This document shows positions 1 to 10,704 of a stretch of DNA of 64,000 nucleotides, one piece after another (position 1 is the stretch's first letter; every line of letters begins with the position of its first letter). The translations under genes and the position numbers were made by a program. The stretch is from contig CAWAOD010000003.1 of assembly GCA_963783575.1 (NCBI GenBank), forward strand, positions 96,001-160,000, in the 5' to 3' direction. This stretch comes from an uncultured Spirochaetota bacterium (GTDB lineage Bacteria > Spirochaetota > Brevinematia > Brevinematales > JAOACQ01). The notes beneath the pieces are model-generated. The model had not been told where the DNA came from. It searched no databases and saw only the letters and a list, made by a program, of their open reading frames with translations.

Positions 1-152
1 TTCTGGCAAAGCTATTTGCGCCGTATGAAAGGGAATTGCTTATCTGGATTGAAGATTCACCTCGCAGACTTTTTATTAAAGGGGTCTACGCAGGCGGGGG
101 CGAAGTAATAATCGAAGAAGTATCCACTATCAGGGAAAAGGGAATGGAGTAA
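1..152 (+). CDS. 3' end of a gene running in from the window edge (hypothetical)
   Basis: Open frame LAKLFAPYERELL...REKGME ending in TAA at 150-152, 6 bp before the next ATG. Confidence 0.5.
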   Translation, partial: LAKLFAPYERELLIWIEDSPRRLFIKGVYAGGGEVIIEEVSTIREKGME

Positions 153-158
153 ACGCCC

Positions 159-1286
159 ATGACCAGGATAAATTTGAGCGTAAAGATAAAATGGTTTATA
201 TTTTTAATCGTATTTCTTTTTAGCAGCTATTCATTTAATTTTGCACGCACGGAACCAATAGAACAAATCAGGGATATGTCGAGTGACATAAATGCCTTTT
301 ATTTTCCTTCTCTCGGTTTGGGATCATTGCCCTATTTTGACAACTTTTCGATCACGGGAAATTGGATAAACCTTTTTCCAAAAGGTAATAACCTGAATTT
401 CTATTACGGCTATAATCATTCTGTTGCGAACAGTGTAATTCTGCCGTCAGACCAGGCTGAATTGATAAATTACCAGTATACTCCGCAAAGCCTGGACAAT
501 ATGTTCGGGTCTGTCAATTTCGCATTTCTGGATTATTTCCAGCTTAGTAGCCGCGTTGACTATACTGTAAACAGGGTTGTGGCTGAAAACGCATTCCGGG
601 ATTACAATTACAACATGACAAGTTATACATTCAATTTTATTTACGATTGGCGTTATTCTTCCCTGGAAACCTGGTACAAGGGTATGGTTTTCATTTATCC
701 GGAAGAGGGATTTTATATCTCGCTTGGCAGCAGTTACAACCAGGTACAGAATTCCATAACAATGGGTAATGATAATTTCACTAAAGTTAACGGTGAAGTC
801 CAGCAATTATTTCATTTTATGAATTTCTGGACGCTTTCCTTTGACCTTTCCTGTGATGCACATTTACAACCATCACCCAACCGGGCATATTATACACTGA
901 CGAAAGTAGTTGGCACATACCAGATTCCCGGTGACTATATGGCAGATGGAGCGGTCGAACTACGATTTCTCCATCCCTCCGGGTTATTCTGGGAATCGCC
1001 TGAATTCTGGTATATCGCGAGTTTTCTTTTCAAATTCTCACCGGGATTCATCCTGGGTTATAACGGGGGGCTGGCTGGCCGTTACGGCTTAGGAAAGCCG
1101 GAATACCTTCAGTCGTTTTTTATATCGCCCATTGTGGCCGTGAGGGTTTCGGGAAGCCTTGTATCAGTTCTTCGCCTGGACATTGCATTTGGTTCCAGTA
1201 AGACATACAATTATGTTGTTTCGCTGAATTTCGGCTTAGCAATCGGGCAGAAACCCGTACCCGTATTTCAACAGGGAGAGAGGTAA
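159..1286 (+). CDS. Secreted or outer-membrane beta-barrel-like hypothetical protein
   Basis: 375 aa with an N-terminal signal-like hydrophobic stretch and aromatic-rich alternating segments. Confidence 0.55.
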   Translation: MTRINLSVKIKWFIFLIVFLFSSYSFNFARTEPIEQIRDMSSDINAFYFPSLGLGSLPYFDNFSITGNWINLFPKGNNLNFYYGYNHSVANSVILPSDQAELINYQYTPQSLDNMFGSVNFAFLDYFQLSSRVDYTVNRVVAENAFRDYNYNMTSYTFNFIYDWRYSSLETWYKGMVFIYPEEGFYISLGSSYNQVQNSITMGNDNFTKVNGEVQQLFHFMNFWTLSFDLSCDAHLQPSPNRAYYTLTKVVGTYQIPGDYMADGAVELRFLHPSGLFWESPEFWYIASFLFKFSPGFILGYNGGLAGRYGLGKPEYLQSFFISPIVAVRVSGSLVSVLRLDIAFGSSKTYNYVVSLNFGLAIGQKPVPVFQQGER

Positions 1287-1289
1287 TGA

Positions 1290-2168
1290 ATGAAGAATTT
1301 TATAATCTGCTTAATGCTGATTCTCATCCGGTCAGCCCTCTTTAGCTATACTCTTGATGAATTCAATTCGGATGCGGATAAACTTCTTAATCTTCAAAAC
1401 CGGATGATAAAGGGTGCTATACCGGCATATATGACGGTCAAAGTAAACCATCCGGTTCTATCGATGGAGAATAGCATAGGGTTTTCAGGAGAACTGTCTT
1501 ACGGAGGGGTATTAGCTCCGTCTTTCATTTATAACAACAGCCTTAATAATATCTTTAATAATTCCGGGAATATCTTCCCCGTGAATGGAGAATATCTTCC
1601 CATCTTGCAGCTTACCGGCAATATGGCCCTGCCGGCTAATTTTTACTCTACTGTCGGCATTGCGTACTTTCCGGAAATGATCGCTTTCGGGGCGGACCGG
1701 ACGGCTTTCAAGTGCGGCTTAAATATTTATTACCGCATCCTGCCCGACAAGTTCACTGCTGCCGGAATGCTTGCAGGCGGCGGCATCTCCTACGCAGGAG
1801 GCGCTGTAAATCATCCACTCGATCTTTCATACGGCAACACGGTTTTCAAAGGCAATTTGAAAAACCAATTTGGTTACACTGGTTTAAACGCAGAAATCTT
1901 TGTTCATAAAACCTTCTTTATTATCAACTGGTACGGCAGATTGAATTATGTTTATACCATTGGGGAGACAGTAAGCTCTATATCCGGCAGTTTTACATCC
2001 AACCCTTCCTTTTCTTCCAGCCTGCGGGACAATTCCTCGGGGCAGGGGCTTGTCATTTACGCCGGGATGGAAATTATCCTGGGATTTGTTAAAGTAAACG
2101 CCGAGGGAGGAAGGGACCTTATTTCTGGTAATTTAACAGGTAATATCGGGCTTAGCTTCGGAATGTGA
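1290..2168 (+). CDS. Outer-membrane beta-barrel-like hypothetical protein
   Basis: 292 aa with a signal peptide, Gly/aromatic beta-strand pattern, C-terminal GNIGLSFGM; 3 bp downstream of the previous gene. Confidence 0.55.
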   Translation: MKNFIICLMLILIRSALFSYTLDEFNSDADKLLNLQNRMIKGAIPAYMTVKVNHPVLSMENSIGFSGELSYGGVLAPSFIYNNSLNNIFNNSGNIFPVNGEYLPILQLTGNMALPANFYSTVGIAYFPEMIAFGADRTAFKCGLNIYYRILPDKFTAAGMLAGGGISYAGGAVNHPLDLSYGNTVFKGNLKNQFGYTGLNAEIFVHKTFFIINWYGRLNYVYTIGETVSSISGSFTSNPSFSSSLRDNSSGQGLVIYAGMEIILGFVKVNAEGGRDLISGNLTGNIGLSFGM

Positions 2169-2197
2169 TTTCAATTGAAAGATTATTTTAGTCCATT

Positions 2198-3343
2198 TCA
2201 GCTTCTAGTTTCAATCGGTATATATTTAAGGTCTATCGGCCCTTTATAAAGCGATTCGGGCCTGAAAATCCTATTGTCTTTTCTCTGCTCGAGAATATGC
2301 GCCAGCCATCCGGGTGCCCTCGCCGCCGCAAATATCGGTGTGAATAAATAATCAGGAATTCCTAAAAGCGAATAAACGGAGCCGGAAAAGAAATCAACGT
2401 TAGGATAGATCGGCTTTCCCTTAGAATCCATATATTTCCTGACAATGTCGTTAATTTTAACAAGCATTTTGTAATATTTATCATCCTTCTTTTTTTCAAC
2501 AAGCTCTTCAAGAAGACGCTTCATTATAACTGCCCTCGGATCCATAGCTTTGTATTCGCGATGCCCCATTCCCATAATCTTTTCTTTATCGGCCAGGGCT
2601 TTATTCACCCAGTTTTCAACATTCTCAATCGAACCGATATCTTTGAGCATTGTTAAAACCTGCTCATTCGCTCCGCCATGTAGCGGACCCCGCAATGCGC
2701 CGATCGCCGCGGAAATACTTGCATAGCAAGTTGATATTGTGGAAGCCACAACCCTTGCCGTGAATGTTGATGCGTTAAACTCATGCTCCGCGTGCAGCAG
2801 AAAGCAGGTATCCATAATTTTCCCTTCGTATTCTTCCGGCTTTTCTCCCCGGAGCATATAAAGAAAATTCGCGCCATGGCTTAAAGAATCATCGGGTTCT
2901 ACATAGCTTTTGCCTTCCTTAAACCTCTGGTAAGCGGCTATAACTGTTGCAAGCTGGGCTACCTGATGAAGCGTGGTCTGGCAGTTACATTTTGCCGAAT
3001 GTTCAATAACATGCTCTACATATCCGCTCAAATACGACATAACCGACTGAAGGAGCTCCATCGGCTTTCCCTTTGGAGGGAAGTTCTTTATCATTTCAAG
3101 AATCTGAGGAGCCAGTTTCCTGCTTTTACGAATATTGGAGGTAAATTCCTTGAGTTCATTGTGATTGGGGAGTTTTTCAAAAATTAGCAGGTAAGTCACC
3201 TCCTCAAAAGAAGACTTTTCTGCCAGTTCGTCGATAGGATAGCCCCTGTAATATAATTTCCCTTCAAGGCCGTTAATCTTGCAGATTGTGGTTTCACCAG
3301 CAATAACCCCTTCAAGTCCCTTGGAATATGTTGAATCCGGCAT
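2198..3343 (-). CDS. gltA: Citrate synthase (citrate/2-methylcitrate synthase family)
   Basis: Motifs GLEGV, HAEHEFNASTF, GPLHGGAN, MGMGHR, YPNVDF. Confidence 0.9.
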   Translation of the reverse strand: MPDSTYSKGLEGVIAGETTICKINGLEGKLYYRGYPIDELAEKSSFEEVTYLLIFEKLPNHNELKEFTSNIRKSRKLAPQILEMIKNFPPKGKPMELLQSVMSYLSGYVEHVIEHSAKCNCQTTLHQVAQLATVIAAYQRFKEGKSYVEPDDSLSHGANFLYMLRGEKPEEYEGKIMDTCFLLHAEHEFNASTFTARVVASTISTCYASISAAIGALRGPLHGGANEQVLTMLKDIGSIENVENWVNKALADKEKIMGMGHREYKAMDPRAVIMKRLLEELVEKKKDDKYYKMLVKINDIVRKYMDSKGKPIYPNVDFFSGSVYSLLGIPDYLFTPIFAAARAPGWLAHILEQRKDNRIFRPESLYKGPIDLKYIPIETRS

Positions 3344-3356
3344 AGACTCCTCCTGT

Positions 3357-4256
3357 CTACTTTATAAAAGTACCGTTTTGATATTCTTCAAAAGCAATAT
3401 TAAGTTCTTCTTCCGTATTCATAACAATCGGCCCATACCAGGCAATAGGTTCTTTAAGCGGTCTTCCGGAGATCAATAAAAATCTGACCGGTTTATCCGA
3501 AGTATAGATTTCGATCTCGTCGCCTTTGTCAAAAATAACCAGATGTTCATTTTCGATATTAATCTTTTTTTCAAAATCAAAATATCTTGGGCTTTCAACT
3601 TTGTGCTTTTCATCAATTTTATCGTCAAAGCAGGCCGATCCATCGATAACATAGGCGAAGACCGTATGCTCTTTGTCTGTATTATGCCTGAAAACTGATT
3701 TTGAAGGTATAGTAACATCAAGATATTCCGGTTCAATTACAATATCCCTCACAGGCCCTTTTATCCCGTTAAACTCACCGCAAATTATTTTTACAAGGGC
3801 GCCTTCATTTGTTGTAATTGCAGGAATTTGTTTATTTTTTACATCCCTGTATTTCGGATCTGTCATTTTATATTTTGCCGGAAGATTCGCCCACAACTGG
3901 AATCCTCCCATTAAGCCGTTTTTATCTCCTTTGGGCATTTCCTGGTGGATTATCCCGCTGCCTGCCGTCATCCACTGAACATCGCCGGGATATATCACCC
4001 CTTTGTTTTTCATACTGTCTCCATGCTCGACTTCACCATTCAGCATATATGTAATAGTTTCAATACCGCGGTGAGGATGCCATGGAAAACCCGGAAGATA
4101 GCGGTCGGGATCATTTGAGCGGAAATCATCCAGCAGCAAAAATGGATCAAGCAACGCGGCTTCATAATAACCGAAAGCCCTTTTTAAATACACACCGGCT
4201 CCCTCGAACGTCGGTTTGCTCTTTAAAATTTTCGACACTCTTCTGATCTCCGGCAT
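3357..4256 (-). CDS. Pirin family protein
   Basis: Motifs DPFLLLD, GFPWHPHRGIET, WMTAGSGIIHQE, YGPIVMNT; start moved to the ATG at 4256, which follows AGGAGG. Confidence 0.92.
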   Translation of the reverse strand: MPEIRRVSKILKSKPTFEGAGVYLKRAFGYYEAALLDPFLLLDDFRSNDPDRYLPGFPWHPHRGIETITYMLNGEVEHGDSMKNKGVIYPGDVQWMTAGSGIIHQEMPKGDKNGLMGGFQLWANLPAKYKMTDPKYRDVKNKQIPAITTNEGALVKIICGEFNGIKGPVRDIVIEPEYLDVTIPSKSVFRHNTDKEHTVFAYVIDGSACFDDKIDEKHKVESPRYFDFEKKINIENEHLVIFDKGDEIEIYTSDKPVRFLLISGRPLKEPIAWYGPIVMNTEEELNIAFEEYQNGTFIK

Positions 4257-4267
4257 ATTACACCTCC

Positions 4268-5701
4268 TCAACCTTTCATTTTCGGCAGTGAATGGATCGA
4301 CCAACCATCAGCATCCATCGCAGCTTCTTTGACAACCTCCGATAATGACGGATGGGCATGAATTGTTCTCGCAACATCCTCCGCATTACCGTTAAATTCC
4401 ATTACCGTAACAATCTCACAGATAAGTTCGGACGAATTCGGCCCTATGATCTGCGCTCCCAACAGCCGACCGGTTCCGGAATCCGAATATATTTTTACAA
4501 ACCCATCTGAATTTTCACCGGCTAAAGCCCTTCCATTAGCCCTGAACTGAAAAGTCCCTGTTTTAAAAGCCAAACCGGTTTTAAGAAGCTCGGTTTCGCC
4601 TTTGCCGACAGCCGCATATTCAGGCCAGGTATAGACAACCGACGGGATGGCGTCATAATTGACTGTTCCAAAGCCTTTCGCTATTATTTCCGCGGCGGCA
4701 ATACCTTCTTCGCTGGCTTTGTGCGCAAGCATCGGCCCGTTTACGATGTCACCAATCGCATAGATATTGGAAACCGAAGTCCTGTAATTTTTATCAATCT
4801 CTATCCGCCCGGTTTGCGGATCGATCCGGATCCCGGCTTCTTCCAATCCCAGTCCTTTGATTTGAGGTTTCCGCCCAGCCGCCACAAGGACTTTATCGCA
4901 GAATAATAAGCTTTCGTTATTGTTTTTATCTTTAACAAGCAATTTTATTTTATCATTTTCAATATCAGCTGACTTCACCATTGAGGATAGCCTGAAATTT
5001 AGGTCCTGTTTATTTAAAATCTGCGCAAGCCTGCCGCAGATTTTCTCATCCGATTGAGGCAGAATCTGATCCATCATTTCAATAATTGTTACATCCGAGC
5101 CAAGCCTGTTCCAAATGCTCCCGATTTCAAGCCCGATAGCGCCAGCGCCGATAACCGCGAGTTTCCCGGGAACTTCCGAAAAAGACAGAGCCGAGGTTGA
5201 ATCCACGATATTTTCCCCATCGAACGGAAGGCCCGGAATTTCGGCCGGAACACTGCCGGCTGCAAGAATAATATTCGAGCTTTCAATTTCTTTTATTGTT
5301 CCATCCGGTTTTTCTATTTCGATTAAATGATTGTTTTTTAATTTTCCGAAGCCATTATAAGTTTCCACTTTATTGTTTTTCAATAAAACATCAACTCCGC
5401 CTGTCATCTTTGCGATAATTTGCTCTTTTCTTTCCATCATCCTCTTCAGATCGAAATGAATAGAACCCTCATCGATCATAATCCCATGATTTGAAAATTT
5501 ATTTTTAGCGGCGGCGAACAATTCCGTTGAGTCCAGAAGGGCTTTAGACGGAATACAGCCGACATTCAGGCATGTTCCCCCGAATGTCCTGTCTTTTTCT
5601 ATTACTGCGGTCCTTAAGCCAAGCTGGGCACAGCGTATTGCGGCGACATAACCGCCCGGACCGCTGCCGATAATTGCGGCATCGTATTTCATAACCGGCA
5701 T
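4268..5701 (-). CDS. lpdA: Dihydrolipoyl dehydrogenase (E3)
   Basis: Motifs GSGPGG, GGTCLNVGCIPSK, HAHPSLSE. Confidence 0.96.
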   Translation of the reverse strand: MPVMKYDAAIIGSGPGGYVAAIRCAQLGLRTAVIEKDRTFGGTCLNVGCIPSKALLDSTELFAAAKNKFSNHGIMIDEGSIHFDLKRMMERKEQIIAKMTGGVDVLLKNNKVETYNGFGKLKNNHLIEIEKPDGTIKEIESSNIILAAGSVPAEIPGLPFDGENIVDSTSALSFSEVPGKLAVIGAGAIGLEIGSIWNRLGSDVTIIEMMDQILPQSDEKICGRLAQILNKQDLNFRLSSMVKSADIENDKIKLLVKDKNNNESLLFCDKVLVAAGRKPQIKGLGLEEAGIRIDPQTGRIEIDKNYRTSVSNIYAIGDIVNGPMLAHKASEEGIAAAEIIAKGFGTVNYDAIPSVVYTWPEYAAVGKGETELLKTGLAFKTGTFQFRANGRALAGENSDGFVKIYSDSGTGRLLGAQIIGPNSSELICEIVTVMEFNGNAEDVARTIHAHPSLSEVVKEAAMDADGWSIHSLPKMKG

Positions 5702-5726
5702 TCTAATTTCCTCCTTTCGTGATAGA

Positions 5727-5746
5727 CAAGGGACTTAAGCCCCTTG
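5727..5746. repeat. REP-like palindrome CAAGGGACTTAAGCCCCTTG
   Basis: Imperfect palindrome with CAAG...CTTG ends, resembling the palindromes at the RAYT locus. Confidence 0.5.
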
Positions 5747-5769
5747 CTTTGCCCCTTGCTCACCATCAG

Positions 5770-6930
5770 CTATAGTTCAATCAATAAGCTTTCGGGATCC
5801 TCAATGTATTTTTTTATGCTCATCAAAAACAGTACGGCGTCCCTGCCGTCTATCACCCTGTGATCGTAAGTAAGGGCAACGTACATTATCGGTTTTATTT
5901 CGATTTTTCCATCAACCACATACGGCCTGTCCTTTATGGCATGCATACCCAAAATTGCAGTCTGCGGATAACTTGGGATCGGCGTCGACATCATTGAACC
6001 GAAAAGGCCGCCGTTAGTAATTGTAAATGTCCCGTCCTTGAGATCATCAAGGGTAATTTTTTTATTCCTGGCTTTTTCAGCCAGTTCATTGATTTTTAGT
6101 TCAATCCGGGCAAAAGACAACTTATCTGCACCTTTTATAACAGGAACTATAAGGCCTTCATCCACCGAAACTGCCACGCCGATATTATAATAATGATTAT
6201 AAACTATCTCATCACCCCTGACCATAGTATTCACATCGGCAAATTCCTTCAATGCCTGGCAGCTTGCTTTAACAAAAAACGACATAAAACCCAGCTTGAT
6301 GGAATATTTTTTTAAGAAATCATCCTTATACTTTGAACGTATATTAATGACCTGTTCCATATTTATTTCATTGAAAGTCGTAAGATGTGCCGCTTCCTGC
6401 CTTGACTGCATAAGATTTCTGGCTATTGCGCGCCTCAATGGAGACATCTTGACAACGGTTTGTTTTTTATCATCTCCGGTGATATTCAGTTTATTCAGAA
6501 CATCCTCATTAGTTATTCTTCCATCCTTACCGGTGCCTTCGATTTCCTTCAGGGATAAATCATTCTCTACGGCGATCCTTCTCACGGAAGGTGATGTTTT
6601 CATAATTTCTTCCATTTTATTTTCTACCGGCTTCACAGGTTTCTCTTCGGCCGGTTGTTCGGCGATTTCCGGTTTACCGGTTTCTTCCGCTTTAAACTCA
6701 GAATCAATATATGCCACAAGCTGTCCTATGGCGACTTCCTCCCCCTCGGCAGTCAAAATTTCAATTTTACCTGAAGCCGGTGAAGGAACATCTACATTCA
6801 CCTTGTCCGTTTCCATCTCGAAGATGGATTCGCCTTCCTTTACAATTTCGCCGTTATTTTTAATCCATTTAGTCAAAATTCCGCTGACAATCGATTCGCC
6901 GACGGATGGAACTTTTACTTCAACTTTCAT
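5770..6930 (-). CDS. sucB: 2-oxoglutarate dehydrogenase E2, dihydrolipoyllysine succinyltransferase
   Basis: Lipoyl motif ETDKV, E3-binding GTGKDGRI, catalytic LTYDHRVIDG. Confidence 0.95.
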   Translation of the reverse strand: MKVEVKVPSVGESIVSGILTKWIKNNGEIVKEGESIFEMETDKVNVDVPSPASGKIEILTAEGEEVAIGQLVAYIDSEFKAEETGKPEIAEQPAEEKPVKPVENKMEEIMKTSPSVRRIAVENDLSLKEIEGTGKDGRITNEDVLNKLNITGDDKKQTVVKMSPLRRAIARNLMQSRQEAAHLTTFNEINMEQVINIRSKYKDDFLKKYSIKLGFMSFFVKASCQALKEFADVNTMVRGDEIVYNHYYNIGVAVSVDEGLIVPVIKGADKLSFARIELKINELAEKARNKKITLDDLKDGTFTITNGGLFGSMMSTPIPSYPQTAILGMHAIKDRPYVVDGKIEIKPIMYVALTYDHRVIDGRDAVLFLMSIKKYIEDPESLLIEL

Positions 6931-6950
6931 AACCGGCTCCTTTTTGTATA

Positions 6951-6985
6951 CTCCCCTCCTAATTTAGGAGGGGGCGGGGGTGGTC
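6951..6985. repeat. CCCCTCC/GGAGGGG hairpin repeat with G-rich tail, between sucA and sucB
   Basis: CCCCTCCTAA-T-TTAGGAGGGG followed by GCGGGGGTGG; a related sequence ends at about 13902. Confidence 0.5.
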
Positions 6986-6987
6986 TA

Positions 6988-9753
6988 TTATTTCAATGCT
7001 TCGTTCAGTATATTGCCCTGCTCGATTTTAAAAAGCGCAAGAGACCCTGTCGAGGGGCTGGCGCTTGGGTTCCTGCCTATATATCCCGGTTTTATATTAA
7101 ATAGATTTTCAAACCGGTTTTTGATAAATGTCCAGGCACCCCGGTTTTGAGGCTCTTCCTGAACCCAGTATTTTTCCATGGCATTTTTATATTTTGAAAG
7201 AATATTTCCCGTTTCTTTTTCAGGAAACGGGTAAAGCTGTTCCACCCTTATAATTGCAATATTTGTTTTTTTCAACTCCTCTCTTTTTAACAGCAGATCA
7301 TAATAGATTTTCCCGGTGCAGAATAACAATTTTGTTACATCATTTTTATTCATAACATCATCAATAACAAACTGAAATTGTCCTTTTACAAGCTCATCTT
7401 TCGTTGAGACCGCAAGTGGGTGGCGCAGAAGGCTTTTGGGAGTAAAAATGATCAAAGGTTTTTCAATCTTCAGCTTTGCCTGCCTTCTCAACAGGCAGAA
7501 ATACTGCGCCGGGGTTGTCACATTGCAGACCTGGATATTTTCCTGGGCAGCCAGATGCAAAAACCGTTCCATATGAGCGTTGGAATGTTCCGGGCCCTGG
7601 CCTTCATAACCATGAGGCAGGAGAAGCACAACACCGCTTCTGATATTCCATTTGACTTCGGAAGCTATTATATAATTATCAATGATTACCTGCGCTCCGT
7701 TTGAAAAATCCCCGAACTGCGCTTCCCATATAACCAGCCGGTCCGGGCAGGATATTGAGTAGCCGAATTCGAAGCCTAAGATCGAGTATTCGGACAGAGG
7801 ACTGTCGTAAACCGAGATTTGAGACTGGTCTTGATTTAAATGATTGAGCGGAATGTAAAACTTAGGCTCATCCACCCCGATTTCCCACCATACAAGGTGC
7901 CTCTGCGAAAAAGTGCCCCTTTCGCTGTCCTGGCCGCTCAGCCTTACTCCATGACCTTCCAGAAGCAATGACCCAAGGGCTAACGATTCGGCAAACGCCC
8001 AATCGACCTTCCCGTTTGAATTGAAGTTTTTAATCCTGGTTTCGAGAATACGTTCCAGTTTATCATGAATTTTAAAATTCTCAGGAATAGTATTAATTTT
8101 CCCGGCCATATCCATTATTATTTTTTCTTCAAGTCCTACATCTTTTTTCAACATCGCTTCCTCATCAAAATACCCGATCTTATGCGGAGTAAAGCCTTCG
8201 AATCCCTTGAAACTTTTATCTTTATGCATTTTATCAAAAGAATCTTTCAATTCTTTGCCGATATTTTCCTTCAGCTTATCCGCAGCTTCCTTTTGAATAA
8301 TGCCATTCTGCAGACAAAACTCCAGATAAATCCCGGTGACACTTTTATGGTTTTTAATGATTTCATACATCCGGGGATGAGTGAAGGAAGGATCGTCGCC
8401 TTCATTATGGCCGTATTTTCTGTAACATATTATGTCGATAACTATATCTTTTTTAAAAGTCTGCCTGTATTCAATCGCAAGTTTCATCATTCTGACGGCG
8501 GCTTCAGGATCGTCGCCGTTTACATGCAGGACAGGTATGGAAAATGCCTTGGCAATGTCCGTTGCAAAACCGCTTGAATGCTCATTCCTGGATGAAGTCG
8601 TAAAACCGACCTGGTTATTGATTATAATATGGATTGTGCCTCCGGTTGTATATCCTTCCAATCCGGACAAATTCAAGGTTTCCGCCACAACGCCCTGGCC
8701 GGAAAAAGCCGCCTCTCCATGCAGGAGAACCGGTATAACTTCATCGACTGATATTTTTTCCTGGATTCCTCTTGCCCGCCCCAGGGCAACCGAATCAACC
8801 GATTCCAGGTGGCTTGCGTTCGGCGGAAGCGTAACCCTTACGCCGCTGCCGTCCGGATGGGAATGGTCCATTGTATAACCGATATGATACTTGACATCTC
8901 CGCCTCCGTCTGTCATTTCCGGATCAAAGTTTTCCTCAAACAGGTAAAATATATCCTCAGGCGGAAGCTGTAAAATAAGATTAAGGATTGTAAGCCTTCC
9001 CCTGTGTGTTGTCCCTATCACTATTTCCTTTACATTGATCTCAACTGATTTATTTACAAGGTAATGAAGACAGGGAATAACGGACTCGGACCCTTCGATT
9101 GAAAATCTCTTCTGCCCGATATAATTTTTCTGCAGAAAATGCTCGAATTCCTCGGTTTTTATTAGATCTTCCAGGATTATCTTTTTCTCATCCGCTGTCG
9201 GATTAAATTTTTCCCTTTGTTTTTCAAGATTTTGTATGAACCATTTCCTAATCTCTTTATTCTGTATATGCAGAAACTCTGCGCCGATGGATGAACAATA
9301 AATCTTTGAATAAGCTTCTATAATTTCTTTTAAAGATCTTTTTTCATAGTTAAAAATGGGCCCGCCGTAATAAAGCTTTTTTAAATCGTCCGGAGACAGC
9401 TCAAAATCCTCAGCATTTAATTTTTCAAATATGCCTTTCCTTATCAGTGGCAGATTAGTATAATGTTCCTGGTAATCCTTTCCGAGTGGATTAAGTTCGG
9501 CATATATGTATCCGATATCCCTGAAAGCCCAGATGAGGCTGTCCACCCTGCCCTGTTTCCTGATTTCATCATTAAAGCCCGGTATTGTTTCATCAAGCTG
9601 AACGGCTTCATTTTCAAGCATCGGTTCATATTTATATTCGGTTTGCGTTTTGACAGGCGGTCGGTTTTCAGCTTCCTGTCGAATTTTCTCCGGCATTGGC
9701 GGCTCAAAATCCTGAAATATTTTTTCAAGATATTTAATACTGTTATTTATCAT
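6988..9753 (-). CDS. sucA: 2-oxoglutarate dehydrogenase E1
   Basis: Motifs KRFSIEG, GDVKYH, HGEAAFSGQGVV, WEAQFGDF, LLPHGYEGQGPEHS. Confidence 0.96.
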   Translation of the reverse strand: MINNSIKYLEKIFQDFEPPMPEKIRQEAENRPPVKTQTEYKYEPMLENEAVQLDETIPGFNDEIRKQGRVDSLIWAFRDIGYIYAELNPLGKDYQEHYTNLPLIRKGIFEKLNAEDFELSPDDLKKLYYGGPIFNYEKRSLKEIIEAYSKIYCSSIGAEFLHIQNKEIRKWFIQNLEKQREKFNPTADEKKIILEDLIKTEEFEHFLQKNYIGQKRFSIEGSESVIPCLHYLVNKSVEINVKEIVIGTTHRGRLTILNLILQLPPEDIFYLFEENFDPEMTDGGGDVKYHIGYTMDHSHPDGSGVRVTLPPNASHLESVDSVALGRARGIQEKISVDEVIPVLLHGEAAFSGQGVVAETLNLSGLEGYTTGGTIHIIINNQVGFTTSSRNEHSSGFATDIAKAFSIPVLHVNGDDPEAAVRMMKLAIEYRQTFKKDIVIDIICYRKYGHNEGDDPSFTHPRMYEIIKNHKSVTGIYLEFCLQNGIIQKEAADKLKENIGKELKDSFDKMHKDKSFKGFEGFTPHKIGYFDEEAMLKKDVGLEEKIIMDMAGKINTIPENFKIHDKLERILETRIKNFNSNGKVDWAFAESLALGSLLLEGHGVRLSGQDSERGTFSQRHLVWWEIGVDEPKFYIPLNHLNQDQSQISVYDSPLSEYSILGFEFGYSISCPDRLVIWEAQFGDFSNGAQVIIDNYIIASEVKWNIRSGVVLLLPHGYEGQGPEHSNAHMERFLHLAAQENIQVCNVTTPAQYFCLLRRQAKLKIEKPLIIFTPKSLLRHPLAVSTKDELVKGQFQFVIDDVMNKNDVTKLLFCTGKIYYDLLLKREELKKTNIAIIRVEQLYPFPEKETGNILSKYKNAMEKYWVQEEPQNRGAWTFIKNRFENLFNIKPGYIGRNPSASPSTGSLALFKIEQGNILNEALK

Positions 9754-9756
9754 AAT

Positions 9757-10629
9757 TCACCTTCCGAGCATTTCAAGCATGATATCGGGTATTTCATCCG
9801 GCCTGTCCGCCACCGGGACTCCGGCATTCTTAAAAGCCTCAATTTTGGCTTCGGCCGTGCCCGATCCGCCGGAAATAATAGCCCCTGCATGCCCCATTTT
9901 TTTGCCCTTAGGGGCTGTTCTGCCAGAAATAAAAGAAACCGCTTTTTTCATAAAATTATTTTTTATCCAGAGAGCGGTTTTTTCCTCTTCATCGCCGCCG
10001 ATTTCACCGATAATCACAACTCCATCCGTTTCAGGATCGGTGTTGAATTTTTCAAGCAGGCCGATAAATCCGGTACCGACAACAGGATCGCCACCGATGC
10101 CGATGCAGGTTGACTGCCCGAGTCCTTTTTGAGTAAGGTTATAAACTACTTCATAAGTTAGAGTCCCGCTCCTTGAAATCACGCCGATATTCCCTTTTTT
10201 ATGGATCTTGCCCGGCATAATGCCGATTTTACATTTATCAGGAGTAATAAGTCCCGGACAATTCGGTCCGATGAGAGTCGAATTCATTCTTTTAATACAA
10301 TCGTAATTTTCCAGCATCTCAAGCACCGGTATTCCCTCCGTTATGCAGACTATTAATTTGATTCCATTTTCGGCTGCTTCTTTAATAGCGGCGGAAGCAA
10401 ACCTCGCGGGAACAAAAATTATCGAGGCATCGGCATCGATTCCATTTTTCGCTTCTTTAACGGAGTTAAAAACAGGGACCGATTCAACAAACTGCCCGCC
10501 TTTACCGGGTGTAACGCCTCCAACTACCTTTGTTCCGTATTCCATCATCAGTTTAGTATGAAAGCTGCCGTCCCTCCCGGTTATCCCCTGAACAATAACC
10601 TTTGTGCTTTCATCAATCAAAATACTCAT
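9757..10629 (-). CDS. sucD: Succinyl-CoA synthetase alpha subunit
   Basis: MSILID start at 10629; motifs [21 protein letters not shown]. Confidence 0.96.
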   Translation of the reverse strand: MSILIDESTKVIVQGITGRDGSFHTKLMMEYGTKVVGGVTPGKGGQFVESVPVFNSVKEAKNGIDADASIIFVPARFASAAIKEAAENGIKLIVCITEGIPVLEMLENYDCIKRMNSTLIGPNCPGLITPDKCKIGIMPGKIHKKGNIGVISRSGTLTYEVVYNLTQKGLGQSTCIGIGGDPVVGTGFIGLLEKFNTDPETDGVVIIGEIGGDEEEKTALWIKNNFMKKAVSFISGRTAPKGKKMGHAGAIISGGSGTAEAKIEAFKNAGVPVADRPDEIPDIMLEMLGR

Positions 10630-10704
10630 ATTAACCTCGATATTTGTTATAATCAGTCCATTGCCATAGGCCATAAACAAATCAGGGATCAGGCATCATG
10701 CTTG